Part shown: piece by piece, positions 24,718-37,315 of the stretch | How the letters are laid out: each line of letters opens with the position of its first letter | How positions within the stretch are numbered: the stretch's first letter is position 1 | DNA from: Batkoa obscura | Lineage: Eukaryota | NCBI GenBank assembly: GCA_030770535.1 | Contig: JASVEC010000014.1 | Coordinates: 310,001 to 374,000 of the forward strand | Reading direction: 5' to 3' | Length of the DNA: 64,000 bases | Made by a program: the position numbers and the translations under genes | The notes under the pieces: model-generated | Database searches by the model: none | What the model was told of the DNA's origin: nothing | What the model saw: the letters and a program-made list of their open reading frames with translations, nothing else

Positions 24718-25793
24718 TTATTTAAATCTATCCTTATTTTTAGCCTCCGAACCTTTATGTTTAGTTTGGGGAAGTAGCTTAAATCTTTCATTATGATCTC
24801 CAGGTGAATTGGATAAACTTAAAGATTTTACTTTGCTAGCTGTTTCATCCATAAACTTATCAGTAATCTCAGGCGAATTTGATGATAAATTTAAAGACTT
24901 TAACTTAGCCGTTGTTTTCTCTACTAACTTATTGTACTCTTCCTTAAGTTTATCATGCTCTTCTTTTTCTTTATCTAAAATCATTTTTAGATATGCCCCA
25001 TGTCTATTAAAATTATTTAATTTAATTGAATTGATAAATAAATAAAAGTTACGTCAATATTCTTTCAAAAATTTTGACATGATTCTTAGCAGCATCGATT
25101 CCATCATATATATCTCCTGTTAAAATATCACTAAAAGAATTGACATCAATTTCCCATTCAAAAATCTCTTTAAACTTATTTAGTAGCCATTCTAGCTCTA
25201 TTTTTTTTTGTTCAGTAACTACTTTTTCAAAGCTATAATGTATGTCTTTGCTTTTGTATAACGAGATGTGTGCTTTTATCGAATCTATCTCAGCTTTTAA
25301 TCGATCCACTTTTTTTATATCCTCCTTATATCTGTTTTTACTCACACGTGTTTCTTTTTGAATAATAGAAATTTCACTACTAATTTCCCCCACCTTTACT
25401 CTTTGGCTTAGCAATTCATGCGTGTATGATTCGGCTATTGCATTTATTTCTGGATTTCTTGACCATTCAATATTGAGTGGAATCAATTTGTTAAAGCGTA
25501 ACTCCGCTTTACATATTGGACAATCCCCTCGACCCACTCGTTGTCTTAGCCAATTATTTACACTGAAAATTAATATTAATGATGTATAAAATTAACTTGG
25601 AGTTTACCATTTAGTATGAAAGATATGGCCACCTAAAACTTTATTAGTTGTTTGTAATGCTCAGAATAACAAGTTTACATGGCGTTAAACTGGCTGATGA
25701 CGTCAGTTTCGTATCTTTTTTATCTAATAAATTACATATATGATACACTTCATGTTCTCCCAGAAAGCCACTACATATAATGCATTCTGTCAT
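24718..25793 (-). CDS. RING-H2 plus coiled-coil protein (TRAIP-like E3 ligase), paralog A, 4 exons
   Basis: MTECIIC...TPC|GHIFHTKC|VNNW...CPICK; 25-nt exon at 25608-25632. Confidence 0.82.
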
Positions 25794-26291
25794 TCTTTTA
25801 AAGCTCAACTTGATTGAAAATAAAAAGCATTAGCTCAGTTTTTTGTTTTTGAATAAACGAACTTTTATCTTTTAACTATTAACTAAAAGAAAAGCATTGT
25901 TTACAGCTGTCGCAGCTCTTTTTTGAACTATTTAACAGTTCATTTAGGAGTAAAACTTGTGGTAAAATTTACTTCATAACAAGGATTAGTTTTGAAGGTT
26001 AGCTTATATTATTTAACTGTAAAAATTACGTCTAAATAGTTTGAAAAAGATTTGTGACAGCTGTAGTATAGCTACCTACTTAATTGAAAACAATAGCATT
26101 ACTCAAAAATGCTCGAAGTCACCTCACTAATGTGATCAATAAAATTAACTATCCAATCATTCAAATTATTATGCATTTAGCTGCTACCTCAATCCTTTTA
26201 TGTATTTTATTCGTCAATATTTAAATGTTTTGCATTATGACTTTTAAAACCAGCTCCAATAATCAAAATAAATTCTTAATTTAAATCAATA

Positions 26292-27399
26292 ATGGCAAGT
26301 TGTAATATCTGTCTCCTTGGGCTTAATGTTCCTCCACCGAATGATAACAAAAATGATTCCGGAGGTTCTAAAAATTCAGACATTTGTTCTACGAAATGTA
26401 AATATTAGTTAAATAAAAACGAAAAAAAATTAACTCATTTAAAAAAGGCGGACACCTGTTTCATAGTAAATGGTAAAACTATTGAATGAGTTTAATATAA
26501 TTAAGTTTTAGTATAAATGATTACTTTAGAAAAAAATTGTTTGTAGAATCTTGTCCAGCTTGTGATAAACATATTAATCTATGGAGCCTTATAAAGGTGT
26601 TTCACGATTGGAGTTTTGATTATAGCAGCTATCAGATAGACGGAGCTGAAAAGGAACTTAATCATTTAACAAAAAAAGTGGATTCATTAAATATCAAAAA
26701 AGATCATTTGTGTGCCAAAAGGGATAAGGCTAAAAAATCACTGCTAGATATTAGTGAAGAGCAACAGAGATTAAATGAAGAAATAGGATTTTTGAAACAA
26801 GTTTTGGAACAAGCCAAGAATATGAAAGAGCCAGAAGAGACTCGAGAAATCAAACAAGAAATTGAGGGCTTGATGACTATTACAAAAGAATATATGAAGA
26901 TCTCAGCACTTATTAAACAAGGGGTCAATATTAACTCTAGTATATCTAATTTATTAAATCCAATGTATTATGGAAGAGAAAGTTTTGAACAAGATAGCAA
27001 GATAATGAGGAAGACTATTGAGTAATCCGACTTCATCTTAATCAGAACGAATATTGATCATTTTTTAGGGATTACAAAACTGTAGATGAAAGGCTTAGGA
27101 ATGAAATGATAGCTCACCAAAATTCAAAAATGGAGTATAAAAAGTTTAAAAAGCGAAGTGATTTGTACTTTAAAAGCATAGATAGCATTGAAGCCCACTC
27201 TAATAACAATAAGTTAGATTTTGGTTTAAGTGGCCTGCATAAAACTCTAATGAAATATTATAATGGAATTGAAATGGTTAATGGTAGCGAGTTACCATCG
27301 TACACTACTGATCAGCCAATTCAAGAATCTACCTTTTCATTAAAAAATCAGCAGTTTTTAGAAGAAATAAAGTATCAAGAAAGATACATCCCTTTTTGA
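26292..27399 (+). CDS. RING-H2 plus coiled-coil protein, paralog B, 4 exons
   Basis: MASCNIC...TKC|GHLFHSKC|INDY...CPACD; 25-nt exon at 26448-26472. Confidence 0.82.
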
Positions 27400-28174
27400 A
27401 AAAAGGAAGGTATGTCTTATCTTTCTATATATTTATTGCCAAGTATAATAAGCTACATCAAAATCTTAAAATCTAGATTTCATAAATATTAGCTAAAATG
27501 CGTCTTTTAAATAGTGTAAAATTATGTTCAAATGAATCGTAAAACATACAGAGTAATATAATTATTTTATTATATAAATAATCAATTGGAATCTAAGTAT
27601 TAAAGGCAAAGATTTAAAAATAGTTATCATTGAATCCTTCATTTAGATGTCCAGTTATGTTAATCTTAAAGGATTTTCATCCTATCGCAGTTGTCTCTTT
27701 TAAAAAACTGTTGTCAAATCTCTTTTTTTTAACTCCAGTTTAAACAGCGCATTACCTATACAGGCTTGCTCCTTATTACACATTAACGATATTTAATGGC
27801 ATAATTGATTTCAAAAATTATTTTAAATTCCCCAGTTTTTATACCTTATACTTTTACACAATAATTGAACGATATTTATTTTTCTTACAATAATGTAATC
27901 TAAATAGCATTAGTTTTAAGTAAAAATGAACCTTCGAATATCCGAAACATTATTTAAATAAATACCCTGTTAAATATTTTATTTTAAGTTACCAGAGGTT
28001 TATCAAGAGATTAGTTGTTCTAAAAAAATAAAATAAGTAACAATTCTTAATGTCAAGGTAAAATGATATTAGTTTCGTCAGAATACAGTTTTTTCAACAA
28101 ATCATTCAGGTAATGTAGATAAGTATTAAAACATCATTCCAAAAAATATATTAAACAATAGATAAAAAATATTA

Positions 28175-28959
28175 CTATTTCTTCTTGGCAACACCAACAG
28201 TCTTACCACGACGACCAGTAGTCTTAGTATGTTGACCACGGACACGGAGTCCGAAACTGTGACGGATACCACGATGGGCACGAATCTTCTTAAGACGTTC
28301 TAAATCATCACGGAGCTTAGATTCAAGACCGTTAGAAACAGCTTGACCGAAGGTACCGTCAATGGTGTCCTTTTGTCTGTTAAGGAACCATTTTGGAATT
28401 TTGTATTGGAGAGGATTTTGCATAATGGTAACAATACGTTCGAGTTCATCATTGGTAAGTTCACCAGCTCTTATTTAAGGTTAGTTTTCTGCCCGTTTTT
28501 GATAATAGATTTAAATTTACCTCTTGTTAAGATCGACATCAGCCTTTTTGCAGACTAAGTTAGAGTAACGACGACCAATACCTTTGATAGCGGTTAAAGC
28601 GTACATAATCTTTTCTTTACCATCAACATTGGTGTTGAGTAAACGTAAAATGTGCTGGAATTGATTGGCTTCAGGTACTACTAAAGACTATTAAAATTGT
28701 TAATTTCTAAATCTTATTTTTGATCGTCAATAGACTATGTTTCTTAATGAATTATTGGTAGTGTATCATTAGGATATTATAATGGATGTGTTTCTTTCTC
28801 TTCTTCTTGATATTATTCTCGTTTATTTGATTTAATCTTTTTAAATTCTTATTTCATACTTATTTCGTCCTCTTTTATTTTATATATACTGAATTCATTT
28901 TGATGTATCTCGTTATAAGACTCGACTTTTATATATTAATGGATTGCTTCACTTACCAT
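28175..28959 (-). CDS. RPS18: 40S ribosomal protein S18 (uS13), 3 exons
   Basis: [14 protein letters not shown] and [26 protein letters not shown]; first coding exon is ATG only (28957-28959). Confidence 0.97.
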
Positions 28960-29833
28960 ATTGTATAATAAAACCCAGACGAAAAGGGGCGACTTCGATT
29001 TCTTGCTGAAAGTTTTATGGTTATGTAATTATTGGACTCAACTTGGCTAACAAATTCGATTCTTTGTTTTTATTGGCTCAAAATAGAAAATGTATGAAAT
29101 CCTATTCATTATTGTTGTTAGTTTAAAGTAAGAAGGATATTTCAATATGCTATAATATAATAAAACTATGAGTTGTGGCGGTCTATTTAATATAGCACTT
29201 GAGTTAAATATTATAGACTTAATTGTAGCTTTAAATAAAAATTTGATTTTTAATTTTATACAAAAAAAATGACTACAACTCTTTTATTAGCCAATACTTA
29301 TAAGCTGTGTTATTACAGATAAAAAAAATACAGTATTGAATGTTTGAAAGTCGAATTGTAGCATTTTTAATAAAATATTAGCTATTCTTTTATAGATATC
29401 TTTACAGTTAGTCATATAGTTTGGTATCCTTAAACTATAATCGTCAACTTTAGTTATTAAATATAAAATAGATAGCCTTGATCTCAAAACTTATAGCCCA
29501 TCATCCATACGCTATGAGTACCATTATAAACTATACTATCATTTTGCCTTACATATTATAGCATATTATAGTTAATAAACTGTTTATTTTACTTCCATTA
29601 TATATTATATAAGATGAAAGCGATGTTTATGACACATTGAAATTTATTCTAACTCCAATAAAAGTCCAATCAACTCGAAAACTGGGATAAATAACCTAAG
29701 ATGGATTATAAAGCAAAGTTATGACTTTAGATTATTAGATTTATAATAAAATATCAAAGATATCACCACCAGAGGTTGGGCCTGTTTTCAACACAATTCC
29801 AAAAAATCAACTTGGAAAATAAAATATATTTAT

Positions 29834-29927
29834 GGAGATGTTTTTTTGTTTAAGGATTTTACTACAATCTTTCCATTCAGATAGCGCTTAAAAATGGAAA
29901 AAGTGATGAAACTAAAAAAATACTCAC
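29834..29927 (+). mobile_element. ~95-bp MITE, copy 5
   Basis: Matches the family consensus; TTAT/ATAT flanks. Confidence 0.83.
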
Positions 29928-30661
29928 ATATGTTTGATTGAAATGTTAATATTTTCGATATTTTTATGTTTTTAAAGACAAACACATTAGAATAATGTTT
30001 AAGTTAAAATTATCGTATGAATTTTTGTGTCTGATAGCTATTTTTTTGATATTTATTTAATTTGAAGTCTGTCATAAATATTGTTTTTACTCTACATATT
30101 CAATTTATTACAAATTTATTTTAAATTAATATGAATTATTAAGTTTAAATGAAATAACGATTACAAGTGCTACATCTTTTTTACAAATGTATAAAACTTC
30201 AATAATTTAGTAAAATTAACATACTATTATTAATAGTACATCAACTCTTATTTACAAAAAGAGATTTAATAAAGAAAATCCCTGTTTTTCAAAACCATAA
30301 AGTTATTTTTGATTTTAAGATTAATAATAAAATGATAGTCATTTTAAAAATAATTCAATATTATTTCTATATTAAGATCTTACATAATGAACACTGTAAT
30401 AACTCTGGAAGATATTTAAAATATTGATCTAATTAAGTACAAATAAATTCCAATAAAGTGATATTATAAACTTAATTTTAATATTATTAGCAATATTGAT
30501 ATTAATACATTATTTAGCTGAGAAAAAAACAGAAACAAAAAGTTTTATTTTATTGTAATAGAGAAATCCATAATAATATCTTATTCTAAATTTTAATTTT
30601 TTTCTTTATTAACTTTTAAAATTTTTATATACTAGTGTATATAATTCTGTTAGTACAAAAT

Positions 30662-31799
30662 TCAAGTAAGAACCATTTTACAAGAAGGAGTAGGCGAGGT
30701 AATAGAACCATCAATTTCACAATTACTTATAAGATTGGAAGCTTCATTCATTTTAGGTGAAGTTATTATGCGATCATTATCACTACTTAATTGGAGGGAT
30801 TGTGCCATTGGGCTCTTTGCGTAATTACTATTAACATTAATAGTAGCTGTGGAATGATTTGAATGAATAAAACTGGCAGAATTCAAATAAGAAGAATTGA
30901 TTGTATTAATATCTAATTCCAATATCCTTTTTAATATTTTACATGAAAATACTACCAATTCTAAGGTTTCCAATGTTTTAACATAAGTTGATTTTTTGGT
31001 TTCCATATCATTAGGACTCTCCTCTACTTTTGTTGAGTTGATTTGTTGTAATAAAATTTTACGTGAATTGAAACTCTGCCTTATACTATTTACCAACGAT
31101 CTCTTACTTTCCCAACTTCTTTCTCCTAAACATGCTAATTGTAATAAGAAATGCTTAAAGTAACGCTCGCTCCATCTTAAACGGGTGGAAACTGCATGGA
31201 TTAACTCCAATTTTTGAGATAATGACCAACCTGTAGTAAGTTGATAAATAAATCTTGCTGTTTTGCTTGACCTTTCTCCAATAACTAATGTGACTACTAA
31301 ATCGATAAGCGTAGGTTGTAATGGCCAATTAATAGTTATGTTTTTAACTAAGTTGGCAAATTTATGATCTCCTACTCCCCAATGATAGAATAATTTGATT
31401 AATAATTCCGCTGTTCTTTGTACAGACCATCCGTTAACCAACCAACGTATCGCTCTATAAATTGAATGAAAGTTTTGTTGCTCATATTGTACAATTACTC
31501 TCCTTAAATAATATGATATATAATCCACGTTATTCTCATTACGTATCCAAATATAAAATTGAGTATTAAATTTTTTATCCATACCTAAAATAAGCAATTA
31601 ATATCCTATTGTTAATACTATTACTAATAGACTTACTCTTCATTGCTTGATCTACTTTATCTATGTCCATATCTTCCATGTTGAGGAAATCTAATAGTAA
31701 GGTTAATAACTATAATAAGGTCAATTGAAATTAATTTGTCCTACCATGCATCTCAATAGCTTCACTATTAAAAGATAATTTTGTTTGGTTGAATGACAT
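30662..31799 (-). CDS. Uncharacterised protein with Trp-containing 16-18-aa helical repeats, 3 exons
   Basis: Long ORF plus two small upstream exons joined in frame at GT-AG sites (MSFNQTK...EMH|DFLNMED...AMK|SMDKKF). Confidence 0.7.
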
Positions 31800-33920
31800 A
31801 CTAAAATAAAAAAGTTAATAAAAATATTCTATTAAATTTTGAATTTTATAGTCTAAAAATATTGATATTAAATCCTATTTTAAACATTTAAGGGGTTAAT
31901 TAAATGAATCTAATACAGTTGAAAAGTTGGAAATTTAGGGACCCTTAATCTAATACTATGTTCCTTAAAACTAACCTTAAACCACTACTTAATAAAAATG
32001 ATACGACTGTTTTATTTTAGCAACCTGGCTAAAATGTATTTTTATTGTTTGAAAGTAATTTTAATCTATTGTATAGATTGCTTTTATATATAACATTTAC
32101 AATGATTTACATTAAAATTATATCTGATCATTAAATGAAATAGAATTCTAATTGGTAGATTTCTTTCTTTGATCCACCCAATTTTAGAAATAAGTTGGTA
32201 CAATCACTTTTTAATTATATTCTTAGTTATATTTTGATTGGCTTTACTATCTGTTGATCCGCATAATAATTTGTATAATAAAATAAAGAAACAATAATAC
32301 AACTTACATTTAATCTATAAACTCTATAAAATTCTAAAAAATAATCAAAATATATAACGTGATAGTACAAGGTATTTATACATTTAATTACTAATAGATT
32401 TAGTTAATAAATAGCATATTTTTTCTTCTATTTAATTTTAATTTTATTGTTTGATTAAACTAAAGATAGCTTTTTAATTAACAAAATTAGCTTAATTTTT
32501 TTATTAGTAAAAATTATTTTAATTTTTATCATAAATTAGCTCAAAATACGATGAATTTTTGAGTCTCATGGCTTGTGGCTTAAAATTATTTTTATGCCTC
32601 TTTTCCAACTTTAATGCTTAGTTTGGATCACTGAATCGCTTACTTCTTTAAGTTAAAATCATTTTAATCTTTTTATTTTGACTATTTTTACTCTGATTTT
32701 TTAATAGTTGTTAAGAAGTAGTGATTTAATAATGATTCTTAATAGAATAGTGATATGCCAAATAAGACTATTCCTTTCATTAAAGAAGTGTTTTTTAATG
32801 ATTTTTGAATCAATCAAATTGTCATTTTATAAAATGGTTCTGCTATTAGTAAAAGTGTATATATTATTACATATTTTTAATATGAGATTAAATATTACTT
32901 TTTTGAAAAAATCTATTTTTAAATCCCATTTTGATAGAAGGAGTTTATGTAATATTTTGTCTAAAACTTGCTGAATAACGTTAAACTTGTTTTAGTTTCA
33001 ATAAGTTTGATATAAATTGCTACTTTCGAAATCAAATTTTCTATTTTTGAGCAAAACACAAGTGTTTTAATAATTAACACAAATCTAGAAAAACAAGCTA
33101 CAAACAAAAAAGGAGTAATTAGAACAGTTTGCAGTTGATATCTTTGTTTTTAATACAAGTATGAAAAATGTAAAGATTTTGACATACGTACTAGAAATAA
33201 ATAACTATAATTCAGAAGCAATAAAAAATACCTAGTTGCAAGCTTCTTTATTTAATTTTGTAATTGAAAAAATAAAGCTCTTTGTTTTAATTCCTATGCT
33301 TTGTAAAATAACACTATACATTTTATGTATAAAATAGCTTAATGACTTTTTATACACCACATCACAATTAACATGGGTTTTAATTAAGTGGTGATTACAA
33401 TAAATTTAAATAAATAAATAAAAATATATATATATTGATAATAAATAATAAGTCTATGAATAAATAAAATTTACTAATAAAAAATAAAAGTGTAGAACAA
33501 AGTTATTTAACAAAATGTATAAATTTTAATATAAAAATAAAATATGACAAATATTTAAATGACTAAGATACAAATTATAAAATCAGTTTTTGTAATTTAG
33601 TTTACTTTGTTAAATTATTTGAGACTGTTAAAAATCTAAATTAATATTAAATTTCACTGTTTGAATTAAGTTATGTGAATAATACTATTTTATTTAGTAT
33701 ATTTTTAATTAAGATACAATAATTTTAAAAATAATAGTCTTTATGTTTATAGTAATTTTATAATATAATATTACTATATTTATATTTATTTAAATAAACT
33801 AACAGCAGATATTTGATATAAAAATAAATAGAAACATTTAAATTCAAATTTATAAAGAAAATTTTGCTACTTAATTATAAAAAAACATTTTCTATATTTT
33901 AATATTTATGGTAATTATAA

Positions 33921-34423
33921 GGGAGTGTATTTTTATGTTTGAATTTTACTGACAATCTTTCCACTCAAATAATACTTAAAAGATGGAAAAAGTGATGAAG
34001 CCAAAAAAAAACTGTGAAATATCGCTTCGTCAGTCCCATGGTTAATTATTTTGATTTGTTATGAGAATTTCTAGTTCCACCCAAAAGAATATTATCTTCT
34101 CATTTTGATATTTATACTTTTCAGAGTATAAAAGAGTTTACAGAGTATAATAGTTCGAGGCTTTTTAACTGAATTAATCCCTGATATCTCGAACATTTAA
34201 TAAAGCCACTAAGTTTTCTTAATATTATTTTACATAGATTTTACATTAGTATTGTCTATTCTATTTGTCTTATATAGCTTGTAACCTATTACGTGCTATT
34301 CCTCATAATCCAAGTCTATCTTAGTTACATAAACTAAGACCTTTCGACTTATAGTGTAGTCAACCCAGCAATAGCTGTTCTTGACTCCAAACCCTGAGTA
34401 CCAGATTTCACAAAAACATCCTC
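33921..34423 (+). mobile_element. ~95-bp MITE, copy 6, interrupted by a solo LTR
   Basis: MITE body 33921-34012 resumes at 34413-34423; ATAA/ATAA flanks. Confidence 0.85.
34013..34412. mobile_element. Solo LTR (400 bp)
   Basis: TGTGAAAT...ATTTCACA termini; 5-bp direct repeat AAAAC on both sides. Confidence 0.8.
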
Positions 34424-34588
34424 ATAATATGAAATTATTATTATTATTATAATGTTTTTTATATATAGCATTTTAATAGAAAGTATAATTTTTTTCTAAC
34501 ATAATAGTTTTTTTAATAATGTTTTTTGGTATTATTTATTTAATAAATTTATCAGATTTTTTAATACCTTATATAAAATATATAATAT

Positions 34589-34682
34589 GGGGATGTATTT
34601 TTTTAAGAATTTTACTAATAATCTTTCCACTCAAATAGCGCTTAAAAAGTGGAAAAGTAATGAAACCAAAAAAAACACTCCC
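34589..34682 (+). mobile_element. ~95-bp MITE, copy 7
   Basis: ATAT/ATAT flanks. Confidence 0.88.
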
Positions 34683-34778
34683 ATATGTTTTTTGTTTTAT
34701 TTGCTTTATATGATTTACAATTTATTGTATACTATTTTTTATATTTTAAATTTACTTTAATTGTATAAATTAAAATAT

Positions 34779-34872
34779 GAAGATTTTTTTTGATTTCATC
34801 ACTTTTCCTACTTTTTAAACGCTATTTGAGTGGAAAAATAGAAAAAATAATGAAACCAAAAAAAACATTCTC
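34779..34872. mobile_element. MITE copy 8, chimera of two right ends
   Basis: Left part is a reverse-complement right arm, right part is a forward right arm; ATAT/ATAT flanks. Confidence 0.75.
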
Positions 34873-35151
34873 ATATATTAATTCTCAGCTTATTAAAAAT
34901 CTATAACAGACTTTAACTATAAAATACTAAATTTTATAAAATAGCTACTATAACATAATTAATTACTAAATTAATAAGACAATATTTCACATTTCAAAAA
35001 AAATTATAGAGATTTTATGTTAAATTATTTTAAAAAAACCTTATAGTTTTAAAGCAGCTATTAAACTATTAAATAAAACAAAGCTTGATTTAATTTTAAC
35101 TAGGTAAAAATAGCGAAATTATAAAATAAGTTTTTTTTCAAAATTATAAAT

Positions 35152-35250
35152 GGGGATGTTTTTTTTGAGTTCATTACTTTTTGCACCTTTTAAGTGCTAT
35201 TTGAGTGGAAAAATTGCTAGTAAAATTCTTAAATACAAAAACACATCCCC
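35152..35250 (-). mobile_element. ~95-bp MITE, copy 9
   Basis: AAAT/AAAT flanks. Confidence 0.88.
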
Positions 35251-35356
35251 AAATATTAATTTTTTATTAAATTTTCCAAGACAAATCTGCAATATCTATT
35301 TTTGTACATTAGTAACCATAGCTGGTGATAACAAAGGACAAAGGGGAAAAGTATAT

Positions 35357-35448
35357 AGGGATATATTTTTTCAAGAATTTTACCAACAATCTTTCCATTC
35401 AAACAATACTTAAAAGATGGAAAAAGTGATAAGGCTAAAAAAATCCTC
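35357..35448 (+). mobile_element. ~95-bp MITE, copy 10
   Basis: Diverged copy; ATAT/ATAT flanks. Confidence 0.8.
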
Positions 35449-36484
35449 ATATACTAAAGTTTTATTATTTTGGGCAGTTATTTATTCTTAGCTTATTGTA
35501 AAACATTTATAAAGTAGTTTAAATAGCCTAACTAAAATAAATCTTATTTTATGTTATAGAAGTTGCTATTCTATTAAATTTTCAGCTATTGACCTATAAA
35601 ATGCCTAATACCTACTGTTTAAAACTTGACATTAAAAATATCAATTTTTACAGTGTAAAGTGACTAGATTGTTTTTTTAATTCAAATACTTAAGTATAAG
35701 GATATACAATCAATTTATAACTATTGAAGATGACACTTGGTTCGGAATATTCCAATAACAGGTGTGTTGAATATTACTATTATTAACTTTGTAAATTATT
35801 CTAAATTTGTTTGAGTGACGTTAGAACCTTTTCTTCATCCTTTTACATTTCAACTAATAAAGGTAGATATGGTTTTAGTCTAAAACAAGTCGCTGCTTAA
35901 TAAACTCATAGAATTGAAATAAAATACATACTAATATTCATTACTTTGTTATAATCTATAGAGTGTATAAAATATCATACTATTTACAATCTTAATCCAT
36001 CCAAGTTACAATTTTATTTTCAATAACCAATCAAACTCGGTATTGCCAGTTATCAAAGTATGAAGTTAAAAATCGAACTATTATAAAAAAAGCTTTTTGT
36101 TTATTATTAATACTATTATTAAAAGGTAATTCACATCTCTATACTATATGAAGAATGAAACATAATCAAATGAAGAATATCCCCTGATTTCTAGTAAACT
36201 TACATTTAATTATGGTGAAATCATATTTTTAAAAGGCAAAAATGAAGATAAAGAAGTAATTATAAAGAAAAAGAACTAAAGGAAACATTATAAATTTATA
36301 TAAAAAACCAGTCAAAGTTTTAAACTTCATTAGGTTTTATAATTCTATAATTGTTTTTGTTCTTTTTTTTAATCACGCTTTTATCATTATTTTTTTAAAC
36401 TGATGAATACTAATAACTTTAATAAAAAACCCGAACTTATACCACAACGATACTAACCTCTTTCTCCTTTTCAGGTCCCAAATC

Positions 36485-37123
36485 ATGACGTCTAAAAAAC
36501 CCCAAAGTCTAACTTCCCGTCCACTAGATTTATTGTATTTCATCTATTTCTCTTCTCACATAATCTTCAGTTTACTCCTTGATTGTGCTATTATCTATCC
36601 AATTGAATATGTTCCTACAGTATTAATTGAATTCAATCAATTTCAAGTTAAATTAATGAAAGATCCATTAATGAATATTTATCAACATCAAAAAAATAGT
36701 CCTGTTTATAAGAATTTTATTTGGTTTCGTACATTTATTTATGTGGAATTATTGCTTCAAGTACCTTTCTTTTTCTTTGCTTGTTATAGGATATGGAATG
36801 GTAAGTATAGGTTGAGATATTATTATATTATTATATTATTATATTATTATAGTTTTGATATTGATATTGATATTCTATTTTTTAATTTAGATAAAAAATG
36901 GAGTCTAAAATCTTCTGGTTTAATTTATTGTGCTCATGTAATGACTACTGTATTGCCTATATTAACTAGTGTGACCTTTGATTATCCAGAATTAACTTCT
37001 ATTGAACGTAGTATTATATTATCAGTTTATGGTATTTATTTTATTATACCTCTTATTTTGTTAATTGATTTATTATTAATTAATACTAATAATATTAATA
37101 ATAATAAAATTAAAAAACAATAA
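36485..37123 (+). CDS. EXPERA-domain protein (TMEM97 / sigma-2 receptor / Ema19-like)
   Basis: RPLDLLYFIYF, KDPLM, WFRTFIYVELLLQVPFF, YCAHVMTTVLP; intron 36801-36890; dilysine-like C-terminus KIKKQ. Confidence 0.88.
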   Translation: MTSKKPQSLTSRPLDLLYFIYFSSHIIFSLLLDCAIIYPIEYVPTVLIEFNQFQVKLMKDPLMNIYQHQKNSPVYKNFIWFRTFIYVELLLQVPFFFFACYRIWNGKYRLRYYYIIILLYYYSFDIDIDILFFNLDKKWSLKSSGLIYCAHVMTTVLPILTSVTFDYPELTSIERSIILSVYGIYFIIPLILLIDLLLINTNNINNNKIKKQ

Positions 37124-37315
37124 ATTAAATAATTAAATGAGGTAAATACATTAGATATATTGAAGTTATAGTTTTTATTTGAATAATAAAAGTAATATAT
37201 ATATAAATTGAATAATAACAAAAGACTATAATCGGATAAGAATCAATTCAATTTAATAAAAACTAAACAAGTTAAATATTAATACATTATATAATTGTAA
37301 TCAATAAAGTAAAAC

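Noticed and set aside
35150..35450. ORFs 35150-35413 and 35256-35450
   Set aside because: They run through MITE copies 9 and 10 and are not genes
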